DNA of 64,000 bases, taken from positions 1-64,000 of the forward strand of contig NZ_SMNA01000015.1 in assembly GCF_004353825.1 (NCBI RefSeq), read 5' to 3'. This stretch comes from Occultella glacieicola. Lineage in GTDB: Bacteria; Actinomycetota; Actinomycetes; Actinomycetales; Beutenbergiaceae. A program made the position numbers and the translations under genes. Below are positions 1 through 8,131 of this stretch, in pieces (position 1 is the stretch's first letter; each line of letters starts with the position of its first letter). The notes under the pieces are model-generated. The model did no database searches, had not been told where the DNA came from, and saw only the letters and a list, made by a program, of their open reading frames with translations.

Positions 1-321
1 GAACCGGCCGGAGGTGTCCCAGGTCCCGGCCTCCTGCTCGGCGCCCATCCAGTCCAGCACCGCACCGGTCAGGGCCTCGGTGACCCTGTGAGCGCGGGCC
101 GCAGCCCCACCCAGGAACCGGGACCCGTACCGATCGGACTCCTCGACCGGATCGACAAGATTGATCGTCGCGGTCAACGCCTCCAACGCGACAAGCTGGT
201 CCTCCAGGGAACCGGTCAGCAGCTCACTCAGGGGCAGATGCGCACGGGACGCGAGCGCCACACCCACACCCGACACACCACCGGCCCCGGTGCCGGTGCC
301 GGTGGTTGTGGTGTCGTCCAT
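1..321 (-). CDS. 5' part of a probable DUF222 / 13E12-repeat (HNH-associated) protein; runs off the window edge
   Basis: ATG at 321 preceded by GGAGGTG RBS. Open frame MDDTTTTGTGTG...VLDWMGAEQEAGTWDTSGRF resembles DUF222 N-termini. DNA-damage promoter motifs lie just upstream. The HNH motif is outside the window. Confidence 0.55.
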   Translation of the reverse strand, partial: MDDTTTTGTGTGAGGVSGVGVALASRAHLPLSELLTGSLEDQLVALEALTATINLVDPVEESDRYGSRFLGGAAARAHRVTEALTGAVLDWMGAEQEAGTWDTSGRF

Positions 322-354
322 GGATGCTCACCTCCCCGCGAGTGCCGATCAAGC

Positions 355-370
355 TCGGACGGATGTTCGA
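355..370. promoter_or_regulatory. LexA (SOS) box
   Basis: TCGGAC-GGAT-GTTCGA, one mismatch to the actinobacterial TCGAAC-N4-GTTCGA, between the -10 and the RBS of the 1..321 gene. Confidence 0.7.
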
Positions 371-379
371 TCTGGTCCC

Positions 380-402
380 ACCCTAGAACACCCCACCGAC
401 AA
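380..402 (-). promoter_or_regulatory. RecA-NDp (PafBC-dependent) type promoter
   Basis: Minus strand reads TTGTCGGTG-GGGTGTTC-TAGGGT, matching tTGTCRgtg-N8-TAnnnT. Confidence 0.75.
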
Positions 403-483
403 CGCCAGATCCCGGATTTCCCTTGTGGATACAGGGCAATCGGGCCCTCAAACCACCCCACCCGGGCGCCAGAAACGCAGCCC

Positions 484-862
484 CGATGACATCCCGTCCA
501 CAGGCTGGGACCGGTTCGCTCCGTTCAAGTCGCATGCTTGTGGTACCCGAACCGCCCCGGGGTGATCGCCCCGGTCGCGGCCTTCCTGGGCGCCGAGGAC
601 TGTCCCTGGCCGGCCAGGTGACGAGCTGCGCGGCGGGACCGCGGTGCTCCCGTGCGGCTGGGCAACGCGTCCGGCGGTCCGCGCGGGGCCCTCGGGGCCG
701 AGCCTCTGCGCGGGCGAGCGACCGTGGACCGTCGAGCGCCTCGGCCACGAGTCGCCGGGCTGCCGGTCCTCGATCCCTTCGAGCGGCTCGCCGACGCCCT
801 TAGCGGCGCACTCGGGCCGATCGACACCGAGCAGGGTCGCGCGTCGCCGCGCAGGGGACTGA
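484..862 (+). pseudogene. Frameshifted relic resembling the C-terminus of a short-chain dehydrogenase
   Basis: Pieces in different frames: GWDRFAP, VIAPVAAFLGAEDCP, ELRGGTAVLPCGW, PWTVERLG. No start codon or N-terminal Rossmann part. Confidence 0.3.
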
Positions 863-927
863 TCGCGCGGGAAGGAACACTGTGCCCGGCCTCTCAGCGG
901 CGCCTGACCGGGCGCTGCAAGCCCAGC

Positions 928-975
928 GCGGCCCGGTCAGTTCCGCATGAAGCGGCCTGGTCAGTTCCGCATGAA
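928..975. repeat. 24-bp tandem duplication covering the stop codon of the DUF2249 gene
   Basis: GCGGCCCGGTCAGTTCCGCATGAA followed by GCGGCCTGGTCAGTTCCGCATGAA (1 mismatch). Confidence 0.9.
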
Positions 976-1878
976 TCGGAGACGCCAGGCCTGGGGGCCC
1001 TGCTCGACGTAGGTCACCGCGAACGCGCCCGGCTGCCGCTGCTCCAGCTGGGCCAGCAGCGGCAGCGGGTCGTGGGGCGCGACGAGGATCATCGAACCGC
1101 CCGGGCGCACCGCGTCCAGGGCGCCGAAGATCGTCGCGTGCCGGATCGCATGGGGCACCGCTCGAGCGTCCAACTCCGGCTCGGGGGCCTCGGTGCCGCC
1201 GCAGGCGCAGGCGTGGCGGGCCCCGTGCTCGACGGCGGGGGTCGGGTCGGGTGTGTCGGTTCCGAGGGCGGGGCCCGGGTCGGGTGTGTCGGTTGCGAGG
1301 GCGGGGCCCGGGTCGGGTGTGTCGGTTGCGAGGGCGGGGCCCGGGTCGGCCGCGCCGGTTCCGACGGCGGAGCCCAGGTCGGGAGCGTGCGTTACGTGGG
1401 TCGTGGGCGTGGTGAGGGCATGGGCGACCTCCGCCAGGGAGACCCCCGGCAGCGCGGCGAGCGCGGGCAGCAGGTGGTCGTCGACATCGGCGAGATGGGC
1501 GGTGGTCAGCGCCGTCAGCGCGCCGGCCGCGGCGACGCCGGCGATCGGGTCCGGGGCGTGCGCGAGGGACTGGGCCGCGCCGACGATGCCACCCTGCTGC
1601 GCCGTCAGGGTCTGCGCGAGCAGCCGGGTCCGGTCGTGCTCGCCGGCCCGGGCGAGGGCGCCCGCGGCCAGACGGGTCAGGTGTGGTAGCACGACCGTCG
1701 CCGTGAACTCCTGCACCTCACGCCGCGCCGACTGGGCCGCGGCGGGGTCGCCACCGGCCGCCGCGAACAGGGCATCCGTGCGCGCCCGCAGCGCGGACCC
1801 GAGTTCGGCGTGCCGGGCACGGATCTCCTCGACGGCGTTGGCGTCCGCCTGGGTGGTGGCGACTACGAGCGTGGTCAT
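961..1878 (-). CDS. DUF2249 domain protein with a degenerate hemerythrin-like N-terminus
   Basis: ATG 1878 after GGAGGAAG. C-terminal ELDARAVPHAIRHATIFGAL...PHDPLPLL...GPQAWRLRF is DUF2249-like, preceded by a CACG motif. Confidence 0.8.
   Translation of the reverse strand: MTTLVVATTQADANAVEEIRARHAELGSALRARTDALFAAAGGDPAAAQSARREVQEFTATVVLPHLTRLAAGALARAGEHDRTRLLAQTLTAQQGGIVGAAQSLAHAPDPIAGVAAAGALTALTTAHLADVDDHLLPALAALPGVSLAEVAHALTTPTTHVTHAPDLGSAVGTGAADPGPALATDTPDPGPALATDTPDPGPALGTDTPDPTPAVEHGARHACACGGTEAPEPELDARAVPHAIRHATIFGALDAVRPGGSMILVAPHDPLPLLAQLEQRQPGAFAVTYVEQGPQAWRLRFMRN
1244..1349. repeat. About 3.2 copies of a 33-bp in-frame tandem repeat (TDTPDPGPALA)
   Basis: Unit GGGTCGGGTGTGTCGGTTGCGAGGGCGGGGCCC repeated inside the DUF2249 gene linker. 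Confidence 0.9.
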
Positions 1879-1915
1879 GGCTTCCTCCGGACGTGGTGTG
1901 CGATCGCTCGAAACT

Positions 1916-1939
1916 TTATTACACTGTATTCCGTGATAA
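1916..1939. promoter_or_regulatory. AT-rich inverted repeat (candidate operator) overlapping divergent promoters
   Basis: TTATTAC-N10-GTGATAA. Contains the -10 TACACT (1920-1925), 7 nt before GTG 1933. Confidence 0.55.
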
Positions 1940-2667
1940 TTAATCGAGGTCGGCCGACGGACCTGGGACCCCGGCCGATGCCGCGGCCGACGCCCGTGCG
2001 CGCACCGATGAGTACGGCCCGCGGCGCGGTCCTGGACCTCCTGGCGCAGCAGTCCGCCCCGTGTACCGTCGGCTCGCTCGCGCAGGCACTGCACCAGCAC
2101 CCCAACACCGTGCGCGAGCACCTCGACGCGCTCATCGACGCCGGGCTGGTCACGCGCACCCGGGCCCCCGCCGAGGGTCGGGGTCGGCCCGCCTGGCTGT
2201 ACGAGGCCTCCGAGCCGGAGCCGCCGATGGCGACCCAGGAGTACGTCGGCCTGGCCACCGCGCTCGCGGCGCAGATCGCTCGGACCAGCACCGACCCGCA
2301 CCGGGACGGGGTTACCGCCGGGCGGCACTGGGGTCAGGAACTGGCCCGTCAGGCGGCGGCCCGGCAGGCGGCAGGCGGCAGCCTCCCGCCCGGGACGGCT
2401 TACGACGAGGTGATCGACACCCTCGACGGGCTCGGGTTCGACCCGGAGCCGGAGGATGGCTCCGACGTGGTCCGGCTGCGCCGCTGCCCGCTCCTCGAGG
2501 CCGCCCACCGCCACGAGCGCGTCGTCTGCGGCGTGCATCTGGGCATGGTCCAGGGCCTCTTGGAGGAGTCCGGTGCGACGGCGGCGGGGGTCCGCCTCGA
2601 GCCGTTCGCCGAGCGCGGGGCCTGCCTGCTCCACGTGCCCGAGGACCCGCCGGCGACGGCGCGCTGA
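1933..2667 (+). CDS. HTH transcriptional regulator with three C-terminal Cys (ArnR/SufR-like, probable Fe-S sensor)
   Basis: wHTH HPNTVREHLDAL...GRGRPAWLY, then CPLLEAAHRHERVVC...GACLL. Leaderless GTG 1933 inferred; ATG 1978 and 2008 are alternatives. Confidence 0.75.
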   Translation: MIINRGRPTDLGPRPMPRPTPVRAPMSTARGAVLDLLAQQSAPCTVGSLAQALHQHPNTVREHLDALIDAGLVTRTRAPAEGRGRPAWLYEASEPEPPMATQEYVGLATALAAQIARTSTDPHRDGVTAGRHWGQELARQAAARQAAGGSLPPGTAYDEVIDTLDGLGFDPEPEDGSDVVRLRRCPLLEAAHRHERVVCGVHLGMVQGLLEESGATAAGVRLEPFAERGACLLHVPEDPPATAR

Positions 2668-2669
2668 CC

Positions 2670-3803
2670 GTGGTGCGACGCCTCGTCCTCCTGCTCCCGG
2701 CCGGTCTCGCGCTCCTCGCCGGCCTGAACGGCGCGCTGCTGCTCCTCGGGGTGCCCGCACCGGTGACGTCCGGGCGGCTCGGCGACGGTCACGGGATCCT
2801 CCTCGCGCTCGGCTTCGTCGGCACCGTGGTCGCGCTGGAGCGAGCCGTGGCGCTGCGCCGCCCGCTCGCCCTCGCGGCGCCGGCGCTGACCGGTCTGGGG
2901 GCGCTCGCGCTGATCGTCCCGGCCCCGCCGGCGCTCGGCCGTGCGCTCCTGGTCGCGGGGATGCTCGCGCTCGGCGGGATCTGCGTGCCGCTCTGGCGCC
3001 GCCGTCGGGAGGACGCGGTCGCGATCCAGGCGCTCGGCGCGGTGGCCGGCGCCGGCGGCGCGATCCTCTGGGCCGCGGGCGTGGGCATGGGGCAGGTGCT
3101 GCCCTGGCTGACGGGGTTCGTGGTCCTGACCATCGCCGGTGAGCGGTTGGAGCTGTCCCGGGTCTCGATCGATGAAGCCGCCGGGACGCGGGCCGGGCTG
3201 CTGGCCCTCGCGGTCTTCGCGGTCCTGCCGGCGACCCTGCTCTGGCCCGCGGTCGGCGGTGCCCTGCTCGGGGTCGCGCTCCTCGCCCTGGTCGGATGGT
3301 TGGTCGTGCACGACGTGGCCCGGCGGACCATCCGAGCGACCGGACTGGTGCGGTTCATCGCCGCCTGCCTGCTCGCCGGCTACGCCTGGTTGGCGCTCGC
3401 CGGCGGGATCTGGCTGGTCGCCCCGACGCCGCTCGCCGACGGGGCCTACGACGCAGTGATCCACGCCGTCTTCCTCGGCTTCACGATGTCGATGATCATG
3501 GCGCACGCGCCGGTGATCCTGCCTGCGGTGCTCGGCGTCCGGATGCCGTACCACCCCGTGATGGTGGTGGCGCCGTCCCTGCTGCACGCCTCGCTGCTCG
3601 TGCGGATCCTCGGCGATGCCCGTGGGTCCGAGGTGCTGCGCGAGGTCGGCGGGCTCGGCAACATCGCCGCGGTGCTCGTGTTCGTGCTGGTCACGGTGGG
3701 CATCGTGGTCAGGACCGGAAGCGGACGCGCGGGCCGGACGGATCGTGCCGGCCCCGACCCGAGCGCCGATCAGCCCGCCCCCGCCCTGGAAGGAACCCCC
3801 TGA
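2670..3803 (+). CDS. Polytopic membrane protein, NnrS-like
   Basis: About 12 hydrophobic segments. Motifs HGILLALGFVG..ER, GERLELSR, YDAVIHAVFLGF...HAPVILP. Starts 2 nt after the regulator stop. Confidence 0.65.
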   Translation: MVRRLVLLLPAGLALLAGLNGALLLLGVPAPVTSGRLGDGHGILLALGFVGTVVALERAVALRRPLALAAPALTGLGALALIVPAPPALGRALLVAGMLALGGICVPLWRRRREDAVAIQALGAVAGAGGAILWAAGVGMGQVLPWLTGFVVLTIAGERLELSRVSIDEAAGTRAGLLALAVFAVLPATLLWPAVGGALLGVALLALVGWLVVHDVARRTIRATGLVRFIAACLLAGYAWLALAGGIWLVAPTPLADGAYDAVIHAVFLGFTMSMIMAHAPVILPAVLGVRMPYHPVMVVAPSLLHASLLVRILGDARGSEVLREVGGLGNIAAVLVFVLVTVGIVVRTGSGRAGRTDRAGPDPSADQPAPALEGTP

Positions 3804-3804
3804 C

Positions 3805-6552
3805 ATGCCCGAACCGGGCTCACCCACGACGGTCGGCCCCGCAGCGTCGGACGGTGGCCGCGGCGCCCGTCCGCCGTTGCCGCCGATGCCGGACCGCTCC
3901 CGTCATCATCTGCGCGCGAACGCGCCGGTCGCGTTCTGGATGCTCGCCGTGGTGGTCGTCGCGGTCGCGCACCGGTGGGTCCCCGAGCAGCGTTGGCTGC
4001 TCGTGCACCTGCTGCTGCTCGGCGCGGTGATGAACGCGATCCTCGTCTGGAGTTCCCACTTCACCGACGCGTTGCTGCGACGCCGGCCGACCTCACGCCG
4101 CGGTCAGGCCATCCGCGCGGTCGCGCTGAACGCCGGTGTGCTGGCGACCGTGGCCGGGGTGGTCGGCGCGATCTGGCCGCTCGTGCTCGCCGGCGCGATC
4201 GTGATCGGCGCTGCCGTGGCCGCCCACGGGACCGCGCTCGCGTGGCGGGCCCGGCGGGCCCGGCGGGCACTGTCGTCGCGGTTCGCCTCGACGGTCCACT
4301 ACTACGTGGTCGCGGCCTGGCTGCTGCCGGTCGGCGCCGGCCTTGGTGCGGTGATGGCCCTCGGCCTGACCGCGCCGTGGCAGGCGCGGCTGCAGGTGGC
4401 GCACGTCGCCGTGAACCTCCTCGGCTTCGTCGGACTCACGGTGCTCGGGACGCTCGTGACGCTCTGGCCGACCATGCTGCGCACCCGCATCGATCCCGAC
4501 GGCGAGGCCGCCTCTCGACGGGCGCTGTGGCTCCTGGCCGGTTCCGTCGCGATGGTCGGGGCCGGTGCGGTGGGAGGTCTACGGGTCGCCGTGCTGGGCG
4601 GGCTGGTCGGCTATCTCGCTGGGATCGTCTGGATCGGGACACCGATGGTGCGGGTCGTGCGGGCGAAGCCGCCGACGGCGATGCCCACCATGTCCGTGCT
4701 CGCCGGGATGTGCTGGCTGCTCGTCGGACTGGTGCAGTTGGTCGTCCTGGTGGCTCGGACCCCGGGTTGGCCCGAACTGTCCGACGCCGTCGGGGCGGTG
4801 ACGGTCCCGTTCGCGGCCGGGTTCGCCGCCCAGGTCCTCATCGGCGCGATGACCTATCTGGTGCCGGTGGTCCTCGGTGGCGGCCCGGCCGTGGTCCGCG
4901 TGACGGTGACCACGATCGAGCGGGGTGCCGGGTGGCGGGTGGCACTGGTCAATGCGGGCTTGGTGCTCGGCGTGGCACCGGTGCCCTCGCTGGTGTTGGT
5001 GGCGGCGTCGTTCGCGGTGCTGATCGGCCTCGGATCGTTCCTGCCGCTCCTGGTCGCAGCGGTCGTGACGAACCGCCGAGCGCGCTCGGCCGGGTCCGCC
5101 GCGCCGGCGGCCGCGCTCGCGGGCGCGCCCGGGAACGGTCCTCGCGTGCCCGAGCCGCGCCGGTACCGCGGCCAGGCTGTGGCCGCCGTGGCGGTGGTGG
5201 CCCTCGCCGTCGCCGTCGCGGTCGCCGCGGACCCGGCGGCCGTCGGTGCCGGGACCAGCGCCGGGGCCGGCGCGAACGCCAGTGGGCGGATCACCACCGT
5301 GGTGGTCGAGGCCGCGGACATGCGCTTCTCGCCCGACGTCATCGAGGTGCCCGCCGGCGACGAGCTCATCATCGAGGTCCGCAACACCGACGCCACCCAG
5401 GTGCACGACCTGGTCCTGGACAACGGGATGAGCTCGGGGCGCCTGGCGCCCGGGGAGTCCGCCACGATCGACGTCGGCGTGGTGGGCCGGCCCCTCGATG
5501 CCTGGTGCTCGGTCGTCGGGCACCGACAGATGGGCATGGTGCTGGCCATCCAGGTGATCGGTGGAGCACCACCGGCGGCGGGATCCACCGCCCCGGACGC
5601 AGGCGGGACCGGCACCGAGCCGGACGGCGGCGCCGGGCACGAAGGGCACGAAGGGCACGGCGGCGCCGCCGCCCACCCCGACCCGAACGCGACCCCCGCG
5701 TCGGGCTGGGAGGCACCGGACGCCGTCGTGCCCCCGATCGGGCCGGGCACCACGCACTCCCACACGTTCACGGTCGGCGAGGCACCGGCCGAGGTCGCGC
5801 CCGGTGTGACCCAGAACCTGTGGACGTTCAACGGGACTGCGCCCGGGCCCACGCTGCACGGGCGGATCGGCGACACGTTCGTGATCACGCTCGTCAACGA
5901 CGGCACGGTCGGGCACTCGATCGACTTCCATGCCGGGGCCCTCGCGCCGGACGAACCGATGCGCACGATCGCGCCCGGTGAGTCCCTCACCTACACGTTC
6001 ACGGCCACCCGGTCCGGGATCTGGCTGTACCACTGCGCGACGATGCCGATGAGCGCGCACATCGCGAACGGCATGTTCGGGGCCGTGATCATCGACCCGC
6101 CGGGCCTGGCGCCGGTGGACCGGGAGTACATCCTGGTCCAGTCGGAGTACTACCTCGGGGAGCAGGGCGGCGAGGTGGACACCGCGAAGGTGGCCGCAGG
6201 GCAGGCGGACCTGGTGGTCTTCAACGGGTACGCGAACGCCTACGACCATGCGCCGCTGGCGGCGGTCACCGGCGAGCGGGTCCGGATCTGGGTGCTCGCG
6301 GCCGGGCCGAACCGGGGCACGTCGTTCCACGTCGTCGGCGGCCAGTTCGACACCGTGTTCGCCGAGGGGGCCTACCTGCTCACCCCGGACGAGCCCACCG
6401 GCGGCGGCGCCCAGACGCTCGCGCTCGGCGCCGCCCAGGGCGGGTTCGTGGAGCTCGTGATGCCACAGGCCGGGCACTACCCGATGGTCAACCACGTGAT
6501 GAGCGATGCCGAGCGGGGTGCGCACGGCATCCTCGAGGTGAGGGACCCGTGA
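3805..6552 (+). CDS. nirK: Copper-containing nitrite reductase fused to an N-terminal multi-TM domain and an extra cupredoxin
   Basis: CuNiR motifs GHSIDFHA, YHCATMPMSAHIANGM, TSFHVVG, YPMVNH. Extra T1 site VHDL...WCSVVGHRQMGM. ATG 3805 after AAGGA. Confidence 0.8.
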   Translation: MPEPGSPTTVGPAASDGGRGARPPLPPMPDRSRHHLRANAPVAFWMLAVVVVAVAHRWVPEQRWLLVHLLLLGAVMNAILVWSSHFTDALLRRRPTSRRGQAIRAVALNAGVLATVAGVVGAIWPLVLAGAIVIGAAVAAHGTALAWRARRARRALSSRFASTVHYYVVAAWLLPVGAGLGAVMALGLTAPWQARLQVAHVAVNLLGFVGLTVLGTLVTLWPTMLRTRIDPDGEAASRRALWLLAGSVAMVGAGAVGGLRVAVLGGLVGYLAGIVWIGTPMVRVVRAKPPTAMPTMSVLAGMCWLLVGLVQLVVLVARTPGWPELSDAVGAVTVPFAAGFAAQVLIGAMTYLVPVVLGGGPAVVRVTVTTIERGAGWRVALVNAGLVLGVAPVPSLVLVAASFAVLIGLGSFLPLLVAAVVTNRRARSAGSAAPAAALAGAPGNGPRVPEPRRYRGQAVAAVAVVALAVAVAVAADPAAVGAGTSAGAGANASGRITTVVVEAADMRFSPDVIEVPAGDELIIEVRNTDATQVHDLVLDNGMSSGRLAPGESATIDVGVVGRPLDAWCSVVGHRQMGMVLAIQVIGGAPPAAGSTAPDAGGTGTEPDGGAGHEGHEGHGGAAAHPDPNATPASGWEAPDAVVPPIGPGTTHSHTFTVGEAPAEVAPGVTQNLWTFNGTAPGPTLHGRIGDTFVITLVNDGTVGHSIDFHAGALAPDEPMRTIAPGESLTYTFTATRSGIWLYHCATMPMSAHIANGMFGAVIIDPPGLAPVDREYILVQSEYYLGEQGGEVDTAKVAAGQADLVVFNGYANAYDHAPLAAVTGERVRIWVLAAGPNRGTSFHVVGGQFDTVFAEGAYLLTPDEPTGGGAQTLALGAAQGGFVELVMPQAGHYPMVNHVMSDAERGAHGILEVRDP

Positions 6553-6600
6553 CCGGATCGGCGGCGCCGACGACGGCCGCGAGGGTGCCAGACTGGTCCC

Positions 6601-7506
6601 GTGACCGACACCGCGACCACCCCCGCAGCGCTGCCCGGCTGGCGGCACACCTACTCCGGCAAGGTCCGTGACCTGTACGTGCCCGACGGCGGTGCCACCG
6701 ACGTCGACGTCGTACTGGTGGTGGCCAGCGACCGGATCAGTGCCTACGACCACGTGCTGCCGACCACGATCGACGACAAGGGCGCGGTGCTCACCGCGCT
6801 GAGCCTGTGGTGGTTCGAGGAGCTCGGCCCGATCGTGGCCAACCACGTGGTCTCCCTCGACGTGCCCGACCAGGTCGCGGGCCGGGCCATGGTCTGCCGG
6901 AGGCTGCAGATGTACCCGGTGGAGTGCGTGGCCCGCGGCTACCTCACCGGCTCCGGGCTGCTCGAGTACCGGGAGACCGGCGAGGTGTGCGGGGTGCCGC
7001 TGCCGGCAGGGCTCGTGGACGGCTCCCGGCTGCCCGAACCGATCTTCACGCCGGCCACCAAGGCCGCCGTCGGGGAGCACGACGAGAACGTCTCGTTCGA
7101 GGTGATCGCGGCCCAGGTGGGCGAGGACGTCGCCACCCGGCTGCGGGACACCACCCTCGCCGTCTACGCCCACGCCGAACGGGTCGCGGCCGATCGCGGC
7201 GTGATCCTGGCGGACACCAAGCTGGAGTTCGGCACCGACCCGGTCACCGGGGACCTGGTCCTCGGTGACGAGGTGCTCACCCCGGACTCCTCGCGGTACT
7301 GGCCGGCCGACCAGTGGCAGCCGGGTCGGGCCCAGCCCAGCTTCGACAAGCAGTTCGTGCGGGACTGGCTGTCCGCGCCGGAGTCCGGCTGGGACCGCGC
7401 CTCGGACACTCCGCCGCCGCCCCTGCCCGCGGACCTCGTGGCCCGCACCCGGGCCCGGTACGTCGAGGCGTACGAGCGGATCACCGGACTGACGTTCGGC
7501 GCCTGA
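6601..7506 (+). CDS. purC: SAICAR synthase
   Basis: [47 protein letters not shown]. Confidence 0.97.
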   Translation: MTDTATTPAALPGWRHTYSGKVRDLYVPDGGATDVDVVLVVASDRISAYDHVLPTTIDDKGAVLTALSLWWFEELGPIVANHVVSLDVPDQVAGRAMVCRRLQMYPVECVARGYLTGSGLLEYRETGEVCGVPLPAGLVDGSRLPEPIFTPATKAAVGEHDENVSFEVIAAQVGEDVATRLRDTTLAVYAHAERVAADRGVILADTKLEFGTDPVTGDLVLGDEVLTPDSSRYWPADQWQPGRAQPSFDKQFVRDWLSAPESGWDRASDTPPPPLPADLVARTRARYVEAYERITGLTFGA

Positions 7507-7513
7507 GCGAGCC

Positions 7514-8065
7514 ATGCGCGCCGCGGTGCTGGTCGAGGGGCGCAGCGACAGTGCCGCGCTCGAACGCCTCGCCGCCCGCCGCGGGCGGGATCTGGCCGCC
7601 GAGGGTGTGGCCATCGTCGGGATGGGCGGCGCCACGAACATCCGCCGGTACCTCGAGCTCCTCGGTCCCCGCGGGCAGGGCCTCGCCCTCGCCGGGCTGT
7701 GCGACGCGGCCGAGGTGGGCTACTTCCGGAGGGGACTGGCCGCCGTCGGGCTCGGCTCGGACCTGAGCCTCGCCCAGATGCGGGCGCGCGGGTTCCACGT
7801 CTGCGTGGCCGACCTCGAGGACGAGCTGATCCGCGCGCTCGGCACCGACGCCGTCGAGGCCGTCATCGCCGACCGCGGCGAACTGAACTCGTTCCGGACC
7901 ATGCAGCGCCAGCCCGCACAGCGTGACCGCCCGCTGGAGGCTCAGCTTCGCCGGTTCCTCGGCACCCGCGGCGGGCGCAAGATCGCCTACGCACCGGCGC
8001 TCGTCGACGCACTGGACCTGGCCCGCGTGCCCGCCCCGCTCGACGGGGTGCTCGCCGCGGTCTGA
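7514..8065 (+). CDS. Stand-alone TOPRIM (OLD-family-like) domain protein
   Basis: VLVEGRSD, MGGATN, GLCDAAE, DLEDEL. No ATPase domain. Confidence 0.75.
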   Translation: MRAAVLVEGRSDSAALERLAARRGRDLAAEGVAIVGMGGATNIRRYLELLGPRGQGLALAGLCDAAEVGYFRRGLAAVGLGSDLSLAQMRARGFHVCVADLEDELIRALGTDAVEAVIADRGELNSFRTMQRQPAQRDRPLEAQLRRFLGTRGGRKIAYAPALVDALDLARVPAPLDGVLAAV

Positions 8066-8131
8066 GGGCGACGGCGGCCGGTAGGATCGGGAGGTCCACC
8101 CACCTTCTCAAGTCCAGGGAGTCCCGCTCAG

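Noticed and set aside
1244..1349. 33-bp repeats as a possible CRISPR array
   Set aside because: The units are contiguous with no spacers, are in frame inside a CDS, and no cas genes are present.
3805..6552. Laccase/CueO-type multicopper oxidase
   Set aside because: It lacks the paired HxH trinuclear motifs and has the CuNiR Asp and His catalytic motifs instead.
4579..7641. 1020-aa minus-strand ORF and other long antisense ORFs (e.g. 29884-32409, 24094-26133, 26616-28556, 16398-17996)
   Set aside because: They are shadow frames of well-supported genes in high-GC DNA, with no motifs or RBS.
7514..8065. Gabija/OLD anti-phage system
   Set aside because: No ATPase domain and no UvrD-like partner; the context is housekeeping.
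8066..8131. Purine or ZTP riboswitch before purS
   Set aside because: The leader after the TAGGAT -10 is only about 40 nt and shows no recognisable aptamer.
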